From positions 32,674,001 to 32,738,000 of the forward strand of contig OZ076419.1 in the NCBI GenBank assembly GCA_964187785.1: a DNA stretch of 64,000 nucleotides, written 5' to 3'. Positions 1-13,221 of this stretch are shown piece by piece (position 1 is the stretch's first letter; the number at the start of each line of letters is the position of its first letter). This stretch comes from Amphiscolops sp. MND2022. Its lineage: Eukaryota. The translations under genes were made by a program, and so were the position numbers. A model generated the notes under the pieces. The model had not been told where the DNA came from. It worked only from the letters and a program-made list of their open reading frames with translations, and made no database searches.

Positions 1-1695
1 AAGAAAGCGGATCCTTGAAACAAAGTTGAGAAGACGATAAATATCATGCACGGAATCACATGCATTGCAGGCAAAGAATTGCATGGAAGCCTCATCGATT
101 CGCATCCGGTGAAAAAGGTACGAACTGAACGTATGAACTAAAGAAACATTCCTTTTCGTGGGTTCAGTGAGTGGTGTGAAACCGCAAGTTTTGAGCATGC
201 GTTGCGCCTAACATGAGTTTTGCGCCCATGAAAAACTAATGGTGATGTTTGTTCTACTTTCTCGGAGCTCTTTCGTTGTGATTCAGAGTTCCTGGATTAG
301 CTGAACCTAGTTGCTGCAGTTGCAAATGTGATGAGTCTCTTGGCCCCCTCTCTCTCCCCACTAAAACTAATTTCCTTACTATTCATATAAAATAGCGTTA
401 CTTTTGAAACAACTCTAAAGCACTTATTCTGAGGACGTCACACACATTCAAACTATGGGGCACTGCTTTTTGTTGTGAATTCAACATTTTCATATAATTT
501 TATGAGCGTGGGTTGCGGAGGAGAGTAAAACTTTTCACAGAACATCTTTCAAAATGACAGTACCACATTCTGTTGATATTGATATTACTAACTCCCGTTT
601 TCGGCATACACAAGTAAATGCAACGAGACACCTTCGATGTACATACCCGATGATGATGGTGACGAAGAAATTCCAGAAGTTTGTTGAAAAATTTTATTCC
701 AAATGTTGACGTGGCTCGAGTAGGTTTGACAATTTGAGTAGGAATGTTGCAAGGCAACAAAAAGTCATCGTAATGTATGAGATATTCTTGAGGTACAATA
801 AGTGGACGTGAAGTATTGTTATATGGAAGCAAACAGAAGTATTGTTTTATAGGGTCGTAGTTTCGAAGGTAGCCAAGTCCAGACAAAGAAAACGCCTGCG
901 CGGACTACAGGGCCAAAGGTAAAGTTCTTTTCATTTCAGTAATCCAGCAGCTTCATTCAGAAGTAGCTGCGAGAAAAGAAAGCGGATCCTTGAAACAAAG
1001 TTGAGAAGACGATAAATATCATGCACGGAATCACATGCATTGCAGGCAAAGAATTGCATGGAAGCCTCATCGATTCGCATCCGGTGAAAAAGGTACGAAC
1101 TGAACGTATGAACTAAAGAAACAATCCTTTTCGTGGGTTCAGTGAGTGGTGTGAAACCGCAAATTTTGAGCATGCGTTGCGCCTAACATGAGTTTTGCGC
1201 CCATGAAAAACTAATAGCGATGTTTGTTCTACTTTCTCGGAGCTCTTTCGTTGTGATTCAGAGTTCCTGGATTATCTGAACCTAGTTGCTGCAGTTGCAA
1301 ATGTGATGAGTCTCTTGGCCCCTTCTCTCTCCCCACTAAAACTAATTTCCTTACTATTCATATAAAATAGCGTTACTTTTGAAACATCTCTAAAGCACTT
1401 ATTTTGAGGACGTCACACACATTCAAACTATGGGGCACTACTTTTTGTTGTGAATTCAACATTTTCATATAATTTTATGAGCGTGGGTTGCGGAGGAGAG
1501 TAAAACTTTTCGCAGAACATCTTTCAAAATGACAGTACCACATTCTGTTGATATTGATATTACTAACTCCCGTTTTCGGCATACACAAGTAAATGCAACG
1601 AGACACCTTCGATGGACATACCCGATGATGATGGTGACGAAGAAATTCCAGAAATTTGTTGAAAAACTTTAATCCAAATGTTGACGTGGCTTGAG
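1..1695. repeat. Direct tandem duplication with a 975-bp period (window starts inside it; second copy ends ~1695)
   Basis: 1..~720 recurs at 976..~1695 with only scattered substitutions (aagaaagcggatcc at 1 and 976; tatgagcgtgggttg at 501 and 1476). Confidence 0.95.
500..886 (-). pseudogene. Possible sulfotransferase-like fragment inside the tandem repeat
   Basis: The ORF has IYLCMPKTG (like the 5'-PAPS-binding PKT(G/A) motif), WYCHF and FTLLRNPR (like the 3'-phosphate R-D/N-P motif) in the expected order. Spacing is short, there is no ATG, and it stops right after RNPRS. Confidence 0.3.
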
Positions 1696-2152
1696 CATGT
1701 AATTGCTCATATACCTGTTTTCGTCATTTTACATAGAAGACGAAGGCAGAACGACAAGCAAACGCAAATGGCTGAAAGGCTTTAAAAAGGCTCTATTAGC
1801 AGGTGCTAAAACCGCTGTTTTGAGGCTTTTTATAAAATTTTAGCAGATTGCAACTCACCGTAGTGATTAGATCATTGTGGAAACAGGTCTTTTTGGCTAA
1901 ATTACATACCGTGTCTGTGGAGCATCAGTTTGCGGGATGTGTGGATTTTTGTACAGATTATTGTTATTGTATGATGGTTATAACTATCTTACATTATGGT
2001 ATTTATGGTGATCTTAAGGCAAATTTAGAAGTTTAGTCACTGGTCAACCTGAAGAATGATTTGAAAATTACACTGTTTAATATTTTACACGTTTTTAAAA
2101 GCTATTTGAGCAGTGGGCCTGAGAATAGAAGCAAGATGCCCGTTACTTGTAG

Positions 2153-2311
2153 CAAAAAAAGACTGGGAACGTTCGAGGACGTGATCCTAGGGAGGCCACC
2201 CCGGGTGAAATCCCCATCTCTAAAGAATCCTCCATCTCTTGTAGCGTACTAAGCGACCGATCACTGCTTGGCGTTACATCCAATCAACAATTTCAAGCTG
2301 AACGGAAATAT
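2153..2311 (+). CDS. Candidate internal host exon, product unknown
   Basis: ttacttgtAG acceptor, 159 bp (53 codons) open in phase 0 (QKKTGNVRGRDPREATPGEIP...QAERKY), then GTAAGA donor. No homology recognised. Confidence 0.3.
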
Positions 2312-2375
2312 GTAAGATTTTGTACGCTCTGGGCAAGAGCTTCAAGATATTACTATCACTGCTTTTCGTTACATA

Positions 2376-2420
2376 ACAAGCAGGGAACGGCCCAAGTTGG
2401 CGCCCGTGTCAAAGTTCAAA
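2376..2420 (-). mobile_element. Terminal fragment of Helentron-associated (HINE/DINE-like) repeat
   Basis: acaagcagggaacggcccaagttggcgcc is the reverse complement of the terminus at 5616-5645. Confidence 0.6.
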
Positions 2421-4985
2421 CAGAGCAAAGTGTTTCGAATACACGAAGGGAACTGTTGTGAAAGTTTGTAACAAAGTGGCAGTGACAACAAATCTCGAAG
2501 GAAAACCCATAAGACTCGGAAACCGCTTTTAACCTTCCTCAAACATCAAAAACCTAAACTAAACCTAAAAAATTTAGAAAAAATGTGGTCTTTTGGTCTT
2601 TCCTCTTCCGTTGCAAGCATAAAAAACTACCTCAAGTGCCGGGTCAAACCCGCGCACTCCTGCTTCTCTGGCCCCGTCAATGGGCCTGGATGTTCTCGTT
2701 AACCACAAGGCCAAAAACGGGACCCCTTTCTTTAAAATTTCAACTTAATTCTAATATTCCATTGAAAATTTATAAACGTCGACGGGTGATTGAAGAAGAA
2801 ACTTGTCATAGTAAGAGTCTTGCACTTTTTCAAAACTGAAAATAGCCAGTTAAAAAATTTGTTTTTTTTGTTTTCTAGAATCTCCACCAGTTTCGGCAAA
2901 TCAAATCATCTGTTCATTAAAACGATTGGCTTTGTTTCTTTCTACAGTTTCACAGTGACCGAAACTGATTAAGAAAACTGATTAAAAGGACTGTAACAGT
3001 TGAAAAAAACACCATAAAGTGCTGATTTAAATCAAGTGTTTCGGCTGTTCTCCTATTGTTTAAACATCGAATAGAAAAAATTAGAAAAAATATCGCAAAG
3101 TTTAAAACATAGTTATTTCGCCATATATCAATTACTGTAGTATTTAGTCGACACCTTCGAAAGAAAACGCAGATTATAATGAAAGTTTTCTAAAAGACCG
3201 TCACTGGAGCCGACAGATTTTTCAAACCTATAACTTCTTAATCGTTCTCTGGTCACTTCAATTGCTACTTGGCGGATGTGTGTGCATTCTGACAGTGGCT
3301 AGATTCTTTCTTTGTTCACAGAACATTTCCTCACGTGGCCTCTTTTTCACGTACATTTTTCTAGCTTAATGCCCTGCTTGTCACCTTCAAAATTGACAGA
3401 CGTGATAAAAAACCCTTGAACAAAACGAAAAGCTATTACTTATTTTGAAATTTTACTGAAATTGTAACCGAAATATCGTTATTCCGAATGATAACACTTT
3501 CGCCAATTTTGTTTTGAAGAAAACTTGCAAACACTATTGCAACTTATACGTATTGTCAATGAAGTTATGTCATCACCGCTGGCTTTGATGCTGATGTTTG
3601 AAAACGTCATTCACTCAAACGTCATACGCTTCTTTCGAAATCAAAGTATAGGTTTGCAAATCTAGACCGCTTTGAGAATACAATGTGCATTCCCAAGTTC
3701 AAGCCCTCTGTTACTAGCCAAAAATATCATTGAAACATTTGAAATATGAAAGTGTTCATTACTATATCAACATTGACTGCCAAAAAAGTCTTCCCGGGTT
3801 TCCCTACCATCCAAAAACAGGTTGATCATACTCTGTGATAATAAAGAAAGTTTGCTTCCAGGCTGATCATAAACTGGACCATAGAAGTTTATGGTTCCAG
3901 GCTGACAATACTCTGAATCATATATGATTCCAGATTGATAACGGTAAGACCGTAGAAAAAATTGTATGATTTGTATGGTGCCATATATGGTCATCATAGT
4001 ATAATCAACTTGTTCGAGAAACCCGGGCTTATTTTATTCAACTTATTCAAATCAAATAAAAATGTTTGTCAGAAAATTCATAATACGAAGTTGGATGCAA
4101 ACCTGTACAAATACATACGAGGATGTTTCCACAGCTCTGACCACGTCTACTGTCTCAGTTATGGAAAATAGGAGAACTAGTTAAAGTGAGTTTTATCAAC
4201 ACATTTACTTCAATTGAGTAACTATCAAATAAACTGTAGTAAATACACCAATTTCGAAAATAATTAAGATCTTAACACAAAATTTCGAAGTATGATATTC
4301 AATAGGAAACGAGATTATGAAATTCCCGTCATTTATGTAACTAGCTTTGAAATTGATGCTTGTCTACTGAAAATTTATGGTTGCCTGGCTTTTTGCTACA
4401 CATGAAAAACATCAATGATTGAACAGGCTCGCTCGTTCATTCCTTTTTCCCATGGCGAAAAGTACACGATAAACAGTTATTGTTTCACAGCACATACTTT
4501 TCTGTACTGTATTGTCTTTTTCTTGACCTAGAATTTCGTGAATAATTCTATTTATTCGTATAGTGAAATTTCATTCTAAAGATTAGAAGTTTCTAGAACT
4601 TCTGGTAAAAAACTGTGAATTTTCCAGCTCAGCAGGTAGTCATGTGCAAGCACAGAACGAGGATATGCTGTGGAACAGGAGTAGCTTTCGCCGTAGTCTG
4701 GATGATTTGTTTGATAATGCCAACCTTTAATTTTAAGTAAGTTCCGTTTTTCCTTTTATTCATGAAAACTAAAAATAGTAATTCCAAGATGAAACAAAAG
4801 TTTTTGGTTCTTCATTCAATGCTCAGTGGTTTCATTGATTCGATGGAAACCGTATTAACAAAACTAGGAGCGCTGCTGAAGTTCTTGAAACTTGAGGAAC
4901 TGTTTCATATAGTTCAGAGAACATGTTTCATGAAAGCAAAGGCACTCAGGTTTATACACCACCAGTTGCATATAGCCTCGTTATT

Positions 4986-5645
4986 AGTCGGCGCTTCATG
5001 AAGTGAAACGCGACTATTATAGTGACTCTTTTTTTTCTATCCACACGAACTGACCAAAATAGTTCTACAAAAGTTCTACAAAATATTATTGCACCAAAAT
5101 GCACTATTTGGTCTAGCGAACTGAACCAAAAAGGTTTTACCTGTTTTTCCGCGTAACATACCAAACCGGGCGAGACCAAAGAGTCCCCCCTTTCAATTTT
5201 TTTCGGAATTTTTTTTTCGAAATTTTTTTTCCCCAAAGGGTCCCCTCTGCATTTTTTTGATGTTTTGCGACAGAATGGATGTTGAAAAACCTCAAAGGGT
5301 CCCCCCTTTCAGTTTTTTCGACATTGTGAGATTTTTTTCCCGAAAATGAAAAAAATTTTTTCTTCAATTTTTTCATGTTTTGCGACAGAATGGATGTTGA
5401 AAAACCTCAAAGGGTCCCCCCTTTCAGTTTTTCGGCATTGTGAGACTTTAGCGCGCCAGCGGCTCGCGCTAGCGAGCCCCGGCGCGCCACTCGGTCCATT
5501 TTTTTAGTATGTAATTTTTTCAAAAAAATTTTTTCGAAAAATTTTCGATTTTCGAGTACTGTAAAAGAATACTTGACACTTGGAAGTCTTTTTGCTATTT
5601 TTGAGCCTTGGATATGGCGCCGACTTGGGCCGGTCCCGGCTTGTT
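4986..5645 (+). mobile_element. Non-autonomous Helentron-associated interspersed element (DINE-1/HINE-like) with internal tandem repeats
   Basis: Asymmetric subterminal inverted repeats AGTCGGCGC (4986-4994) / GCGCCGACT (5617-5625), short hairpin GGGCCGGTCCC (5627-5637), CTTGTT end, and central ~110-bp repeats (aaaaacctcaaagggtcccccctttc...). Related copies elsewhere in the window. Confidence 0.7.
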
Positions 5646-7599
5646 TTACTTCTTATGATGGGTGAAAAATCAGTAACTAGCGTTTACCTCAACGGAGACT
5701 GCTGAATTTTTTTGCATGCTGCAGGCCTGAATGCTGGGTAGTTTATTTATAACACCTAAAAAGTTCGTTAGGCTTCCGGTGGTCAATCTCGTTGAATTAC
5801 AGTGCAGTTTCCATTATTCGAATGGAAAACAATTTCGTTATTTGATTTCTCAACTATTCATCTGATGAAATCACCGCTTCTGAGGTCATCACAAGACACA
5901 TCCCGGTAACGAACTAGCGGGATCCTGCTAGATCGATATTTGTCCAATGAGAGCGCGATTTTTTTTTCGGAAGATTTACACTTGTCACTCAAATCATGCA
6001 TTGATAAGTCGTTACACTAGCTGGCTCAGCTTCATAAATTGACTTGTTTACATCATGGTCACTAAAGATGATGCTAATCCCTGGCTGAAGTTGTACAACA
6101 TTGAAATGACGGAAAATTGATAGTTTCAGGAATGCATTTAAAAATAGAACTGAAGCATATTGGCTTTTGCTAAACATCGTGGTTTGCACTTGCCGTCAGT
6201 TCTCTTCTGAATTTTCGAAACAGCCTCATAAGTTCGATTACAACACAAAGATTTTTTCGCCTATAAGTTTTGATCGACAAGCTGCCGTCAACTAGCCATT
6301 CCCATTGCGAGCTTGGAGAAGCCTAACAAGAGATGCCATTCATTACCGGAAGGCCTACCCATCCTCTCAACTGCCAATGGGTCCATCTTGCCTCCTGTGG
6401 ACACTGTCGCGTAAGCGAGGCACCGCTTCTCAATTAAATCCTCAGATCTATTCCAGTCTGTAATTGCTGATAATTTGACAAATTAATGCTTACCCGGAAT
6501 CACCGTTCCAGCGCCCTTTAATTAAAACAGGGTCAATAAAAAGGCGTTCACATTCCAGAGCTAGTGATTAACAACACGAGAGAGTAACAAGCAAATCATG
6601 CTTTGTCACACAGCTCTAAAGCTGGGGCCTCATACCCCCCAAAATGATAACTAAGGTATTAGATTCATTTCCACAGGATTCAGTACATAATGTAGCGTCT
6701 TTCAAAAATGTTTCAATTTTTCAGTATACTGATTTCAAGGTGTGATTGGCACCTGTGAATTGAGTCTTTCGTGAATACTTGTGTACAGTTTCCGGTACGA
6801 CAAATTTTGCCCAACCAATCTCAATCAATCTCACCTCTGTAAAGTAGTCGAAGTTTATCTAAACTGTATGAACCAATCAAGTGTCTTTTCAAAGTACTAA
6901 CTTCATCGCTGTTCCATCATTCAATCCGATCTGACATTTCCTTATCCATTTCTATCTCTACTAACTCATTTGGTTCGACTAAGCCGCCGTATTGCGATCC
7001 TATCGCAGTTCATCGATGAACATCGCAGCCCCATTGGGCCCATCGATGGAAATCGAAATTTTTTGATCACAAAAATTCGTTCGAAACGGCCATATTCAAA
7101 ATTTCGACGGATTCTATACATTCTATACACGTCGTTTAGTTTTGGTTGAAAAACAGTTTAAATAATCAAATCTTCTGACCGGGCATCGTTGTATCTGAAG
7201 ATTTTCCGTTCTCGTTACAATTTTGCCCTAAGTTTGATGGATCTCAAAACTGAACTGAATTTTTGGCGAAACTGCATTATATGGCGACCGGAAACTTTTT
7301 GGACGTCACCACTGCTACTAGTTGAGCAACAACCAATCAAAAAGAACCAATGTCTAGGCAACAAAATCAATATGAGTGATTTCCAGGCTCGATAAAGCTT
7401 ACATAGGCTGAAAAGGGAATGACAGTTGGTTGAAATTAGAAAATTGCATGTCTAAAATGTTCCCGAAAGGATCCGAAAGGGCTCTGACTTAGAAAAGCAG
7501 AACTGCTTATTCGGCGTCCACCCCGGGGAATTGGGGAAATTGACTTTCTTCTTCTTTCCAAGGGGCCACAACGTGTTGGGCCATAATTGAAATCCACCG

Positions 7600-8050
7600 A
7601 TGGCTATCGATGGTCTATAGATGCCCATCGTGAAAAGTTGAGATGGCGATCGATGGGATTGAATGGAATCTCAGTACGGGCGTCTATAAACAATTCATTT
7701 CTTTTTCTTCTACTAATCAACAAAAGTTTCGTTTGATAATAATTCTCAGTAGACAATTCAACTCTTCTAAGCAGAAAGATAGTTAAACTTTTTTGTCGGT
7801 AGACAACTTTCGTAATAACCATAAGGACGGTTCGACGTTTCTGTCGGTTCAACGCTTCTTTTTGTACTACCCGTACTGAGACTCCATGGCATTCCATCCA
7901 TGGCCATGGATGGTCCATGGAAGTTCCATCCCTGGCCAGGCCTGGTCCATGGATGAACCAGGGATGGCAATCGCCACTTTTATCCCTGGCCAGGAGTGGA
8001 CCATCCCTGGCCAGGCCTGGAAACCAAAAGTCCGGAAAGCTCAAAACAGC
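7600..8050. repeat. Pair of MITE-like ends in inverted orientation (TCTCAGTACGGG ... CCCGTACTGAGA) with CATCG/CCATGG-rich bodies
   Basis: gaatctcagtacggg ends at 7680 and cccgtactgagactcc starts ~7871. The flanking bodies are rich in short palindromes (ccatgg, ctggccagg, catcgatg). Confidence 0.5.
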
Positions 8051-8068
8051 TTATAGAAGTACTATAGT

Positions 8069-8146
8069 ACTAGTACTTGACAGTCGATGCAGTTTCGATT
8101 ATGATTATAATCATAATCGAAACTGCATCGACTGTCAAGTACTAGT
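8069..8146. repeat. Perfect 78-bp palindrome with no spacer
   Basis: Checked base by base: actagtacttgacagtcgatgcagtttcgattatgatta|taatcataatcgaaactgcatcgactgtcaagtactagt, centre 8107/8108. Confidence 0.98.
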
Positions 8147-10189
8147 CATTCGGTACTGGCCAAACAACTCTGGTTTGGCATTTTGTCAATACAATTATTC
8201 CACAAAACTATACAAAAACATTATGGGTCGACATATTCTTTGTAGACATCTCAATTCTTCTCCTTCAACTTTCAACTTCTCGACACCTCAGCACTTCTCC
8301 CATCTTCTCATTTCCCAAAGCTCTTTAGAGAAAGCAAAGTCAACTGTTTATTTCTCCTTCTTTACCTCTTCGCTCACCTTGCTATCATTGCCTTTGTCGT
8401 CGATAAAATAGTTTATTAACCCTTATTCACCCCTCGTTAAGCTACTAGCTCTTGTCTATATTCCTAACTTCATTTGCAATATGTATCTCCTTCAATGTTC
8501 CTGACCACAAATTCAGTAACACTCATCTTTTTCACTGCTTACATTTTTGTTTTGCCCTGCTTGGTTTTCTAGTGCTTTTAATGGAGAATACTGTTGCGTT
8601 CTTCAATTTTCACTAATCTTTGTATTTCAATAAACAGAATTTCATTTCAAAAAATGAACACTTTTCCGTCATCAATCATTTCAACAACGGTCCAATGCTC
8701 TAATTCCCCTTCAAAATTTCACATCCACTTCTCTAACTCCAGTGTTTCATCAAGTTAACCAAAAACATCCCATGATTCAAGTATATTTTTAAACCGGAAA
8801 CTGAAATGCTGAACATTCACATAGGAGTTCAGAAACCTCTCAAACTTCTACTTAGACTGATTCAGTCTATATTAACCCAAAACCTGCTCTAAGTCATTTC
8901 TCTTTCCCTATTGAGAATAGGCCCGAACTCAAAACGAAAAGGTCATAAAAAACATTCTCCTACCTTTATGCCACTCGCCACCCCTTGTGCCTCGCACTTT
9001 GGTTTTCGCCGAACCTAACATGTTTCACGAACTGTTACAAAAGTTTGTCATTTTCCTCAATGAATTAAAAGAACGCAATCAACCCTCTACGAATCAAACA
9101 ATGAACTCCTCCGTAATTTTAAAATGCCTCCTCACTTTTGTTTGAGACTGATGATTTTCTGTTTAACCATTTTCAATACAAATTTTTCGATCATAGTGTG
9201 TTTGAAAGTTGAACTCAAAAACCAAAAATTGCTATTTCTCAGAACGGTTTTGTGACATATGGAGAGCCCATTGTCAAGACACTTTCGGTAACGAATTATC
9301 TCTTTGTCAAACTCAAGATCTATTTCCATATGCAAAAATATAGAAAAATTCCATATTGAAAAATGGAAACTATGTGTAGTGTGATAAATTAGGAACAAGC
9401 TAGGAGGGAGATCTGCGTTAGGATTTAGAGACAAGTGAATTGAATGTAGTCAAACTGAATAGGCTAGGGTTTGACTTTCTCCAATGCTCATTGTATTGAA
9501 AAAGAGAAATGAACAACGGGGAAATCAAATTAGTGATAGAATAAAGGGATGGATGTCCAATATTGGACTCACACTATTGTCAATCTTTATCCTAATTTCG
9601 ATTCTCCACGTGTTCCAACAATTACTACTCTACCTTCGAGCTCAAACTTTGCTCAAATACATGCAACTCGTTCAACAGCACCTCCATTCATCACTCTCAC
9701 TCAACTCTCAACACAAACAAATACTCAAATTACTATAAATACTTTTTAAAACTTCCAGCAGAAACTTCGTCAACTCAACCACAACCCAATTTAACATTAT
9801 TTTTCCCTACATCTTCTCAATCGGTCTCAACCTACATGTACTCTCTGTTATATCCGTCTGCTTCACAAGTCACCCAGCCCTAAACCGATTTTTCAAAACC
9901 TTCTGTCAACAATATTTTTTAACCCTACCGTTTCTCAGAGAGCTTTTATTAACAAGAGATTCAAGATCCGTCTCATCATCAAGGTTTTTACAGGTAGTTC
10001 CTCAAACTAGTAATACAACTGTAAGCTCACCATTATTGCTAGTCATAAAAGAAACTTTTCGATTCACAAAAACACGCGTAGCATTCTCTAATTGAAGCAC
10101 TTTCCCTTGTTGGAAAAGTCCGTCAAAGTGCTTCTAAAATTGAAACACTTGCAAGGCAAGGCTAGTCCAACCAGCACAGCTCAACTATA

Positions 10190-12900
10190 AATACTAGAAG
10201 AATATTAACATTTACTTGATGTCTTCCCAAGAAATCAACAAAGGATCTTTTGAACATACTGTTTGTTGCCATGCTTGTTCTGTGGAACGCAGGACAGGTT
10301 TATCAGGCATCCTTCCGTGGAGGGAGTCTTTAAAACACTTCACTTTTCTCGGTTCACTTATTTTGGTTAGGAGTTTGGCGACGTTGCATTCAGTGGTCGG
10401 TCTGGTAAGATGGTTTCGCTGTTGAGGCAATCTAGTGTTTAGTCGTCATCAGGGTGATATATAATCATGAGTGGTTTTCAGTTTAAGTAGGTTCGTATTG
10501 CAGTCGAGGGTGTGTACAATTGAACTATTTCCTGGTTGTTGTTGTCAAAAAATCTTTCATTATACAGTTCTGCTGGCAACTACCGTTCCTTGAACATTTT
10601 TGAAGTTGCATTTTGCTTAAGTATTTTGTTGATAGTCTTTCTCCTGGCTCTAGAACAACTTCTTTTGAAGTTTTTGTAATTTGTCTTGATTCGCTGGGTA
10701 CAATTCATCCACGCGTTTACTTCATATCTGAAGTGGCTTTTTATGTGGCAATTGTACATGTTAACAAAGTGTTACGACTAAATGAGAGAGTTGTCAGCTT
10801 CAATTTTACGTTGTTGTTAGTATTTTCCACATGATCGTTCCAGCTCACCTTGTTGTTCAAACTAAGCCCACAGAAATTGACGTTTTTTTTGTAATTTCAA
10901 TCTTTTGTTGCGTATTGCTAGTTGCAGATCCTCGGCATTTTTTAAATGAAGAGAAAAAAGTTCCTTTTAACTTGGTTCACTTTTATGTGATTGTTGTGAA
11001 GCCAGTTGGTCAGAATATCTATTCCTTGTCTCAGTTTTTTTGCCAATTGGACGTTGTTGCCTTGGTTGTAGAGTGCTATGTTGTCTGCATATTGAGAGAT
11101 TTGACATTGTCCATTCACAGAGAAGTTAAAGAGACGTGAGGCAACTACACTTCCTTTGGGCACTCCTGCATTGAGGTAGAAGCCAATTAATTTGCATTTG
11201 TCTCTTTCTGTTGTGCTTTTTCGTCATCTTAGGAAGTTGGAAACTCAGTGAGTCAGTCTAAGATTTAGTACGAGGTCGTGTAGTTTTTGTTTAAGAGTGG
11301 CATGGCGAACAGTGTCGAAGGCTTTTTGACGTCTAAAAATGGCTGCTATGTGTCGTTCAGTCTTGAGTCCTTTCGCTTTTGTGTCAGTCAATTTGTTGTG
11401 GTTGCATTGCTGCGTTCGAGACAGTCTGGTTTTCGCATATCATTTTTGCTCGCAGTCTTTTGTGAGTCGAACTGTCACAGCAGTATCCACAACCCTACCA
11501 AGCAGCTTGTTTGTCTATTCAATCCGTAGTTGTGATTTCATTTGCAAGCGTTTCCGCCTTTCGGAATCATAAGTATTTTTATTCTAAGTTTTCTGTTTCA
11601 TTTGTTCGTAGATGATATTGTCTTCTTCTGAGGCAGTATTAATTTAGTTTTTGGCATCGATTGGAGTTCATCAGGGTCAATGATGATTTGTTCATTCCCC
11701 ACTGTATAGTTTGGATAGTTGCCAATCCACTTTCAGAGGAAGATTCTCATTCCAAGGTTGCGCCCAGGACATTTGCAAAACCATTGTTTTCGATGTTTAT
11801 CATTGCAACCAATGGTTTGACTTTGAGGTTGAAGCCATTGTTGGCTTTTCTCTGAGTTTCTCGATTTTCGTGCCATTTTCCAGAATGAGATTGGGTCCTC
11901 TAGGATGTACTGTTGTTTGCCTTTTTCCTTTTTCCTTCTTTCCCTCTTTTCTGAAGCTTCTCACGAGTACAGTTTAGTCCTTTCGTCAGTCGTTTGAACT
12001 CATTTGAGTCATTCCGCCGCCTGTTTTGAGTTGAGTCTTTTAGCGTTGAAGTCTCTGTTTTTCTGTTCACGAGGGCTCTCGTAGCTGCAGAGGTTTTGAT
12101 TGAAGATGTAATTTTTCTAACTCAACGTTTTGCTGTTGTCGACCAGCCCTTCAATTCGTGCGACGGTGTCATGCAGGTCATTTTCTTCCCAGTGAGAAGT
12201 TGGAGGCCAGTGTTTATTGATTCTAATTCTTGCAGCTAAATTTTCCGATACGTTTGCCGATTCATTCAACTTCTTTTCCCATAAGTCTGTTCGGTTGGAT
12301 CGTAGATAGGCTTCATAGTGTGCGTTCAGGTGTCCTTTGGTTACGTGTGGTTCTTTCCTGGTCGTGTCAGTTAGTTTCATATCTACCCTTACGTAACTGT
12401 TGAGTTAGGTTCTGTAGCCATTGGCTTTTCCACTTCTACACTTTCCAAATTAACGCAAAAAGTTACCCAAAACAAGGTGAGTTGGCTGGAGGGAGTAGTT
12501 GGAAGAAGATGTAGCAGTTGGACGCCAGAGAGAAGGGAGAATGAGAGTATAGGAGTAGTAACGAAAGTGAGGTTACTATGGGTGCTGCTTAAAGTTTCCC
12601 CGTTGCTAAAAAGTGTTCCTGTTGCAACCGAGTTGTCCAAGAAAAACACTTACAGATTCCTGTGGACTCGATATTTTGCAAATACTTTTTATTTCCAAGT
12701 TCATGGCAATACCTTTATTAAAATGTTTTGATTTGAGATTGTAACCGATTCCACTCGAAGTGCTGTTTGTCACACCAAACCTGTTGTGATGTAACCTTCG
12801 GAACTTCTAGTTTTCTTTCCGTAAAGCTCCTATTTCGTTAACAGTTTTCCATTTCTGAGGTAGAGAACGTGGTAATGGAATGCCGAGTACAAGAACACAT
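10190..12900 (-). mobile_element. Degenerate non-LTR retrotransposon (APE endonuclease + RT; jockey/I-like)
   Basis: RT motifs FLDV-KAFDTVRH (~11290-11340) and PKGSVVASRLFN...QYADNIALY...WLHNNHIKVN (10942-11163). Endonuclease-like GHLNAH...NKHWPPT (12117-12380). Many frameshifts; boundaries approximate. Confidence 0.85.
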
Positions 12901-13221
12901 TCAACTTTGGTCAACCAAAAAATAGCAAGATGTGATATTTCTTGCAAATAACCTTCTGAAGGTTTTATGGAAAGACAGTTTTTGCAAAAAAATAGGTACA
13001 ATACGTTTTATTGAAAACGAAACCTCGAACCAATTTCTTGCTGTTTCGAGTCGAAGTTGAAGATCGCATTTCCTTAAGGTACTTAGTTCGCTTATGCCAG
13101 ATTGAAATCTATAACGCCGTACAAGATGTTTGAAGTCATATATTCTATCACCATAAAAACTACGTGATATTCAGAGTAAGTCGATACAAGGCACGGCTTT
13201 GAGTTGACAAAATACATTAAG

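Noticed and set aside
4920-4980. GTQVYT resembling the PIM-kinase GTRVYSPPEW motif
   Set aside because: Needs a frameshift, and no other kinase subdomains were found nearby.
6290-6470. ~55-codon minus-strand open frame after a cAG (ITDWNRSEDLIEKRC...)
   Set aside because: No clear donor or homology; could be an exon but cannot be supported.
7604-8411. 146- and 164-aa ORFs over the palindromic repeat
   Set aside because: Translations are repetitive and strand-symmetric, a by-product of the inverted repeats.
8160-10100. Pyrimidine-rich stretch that might be a second LINE remnant
   Set aside because: No convincing RT or endonuclease motif in any frame I read.
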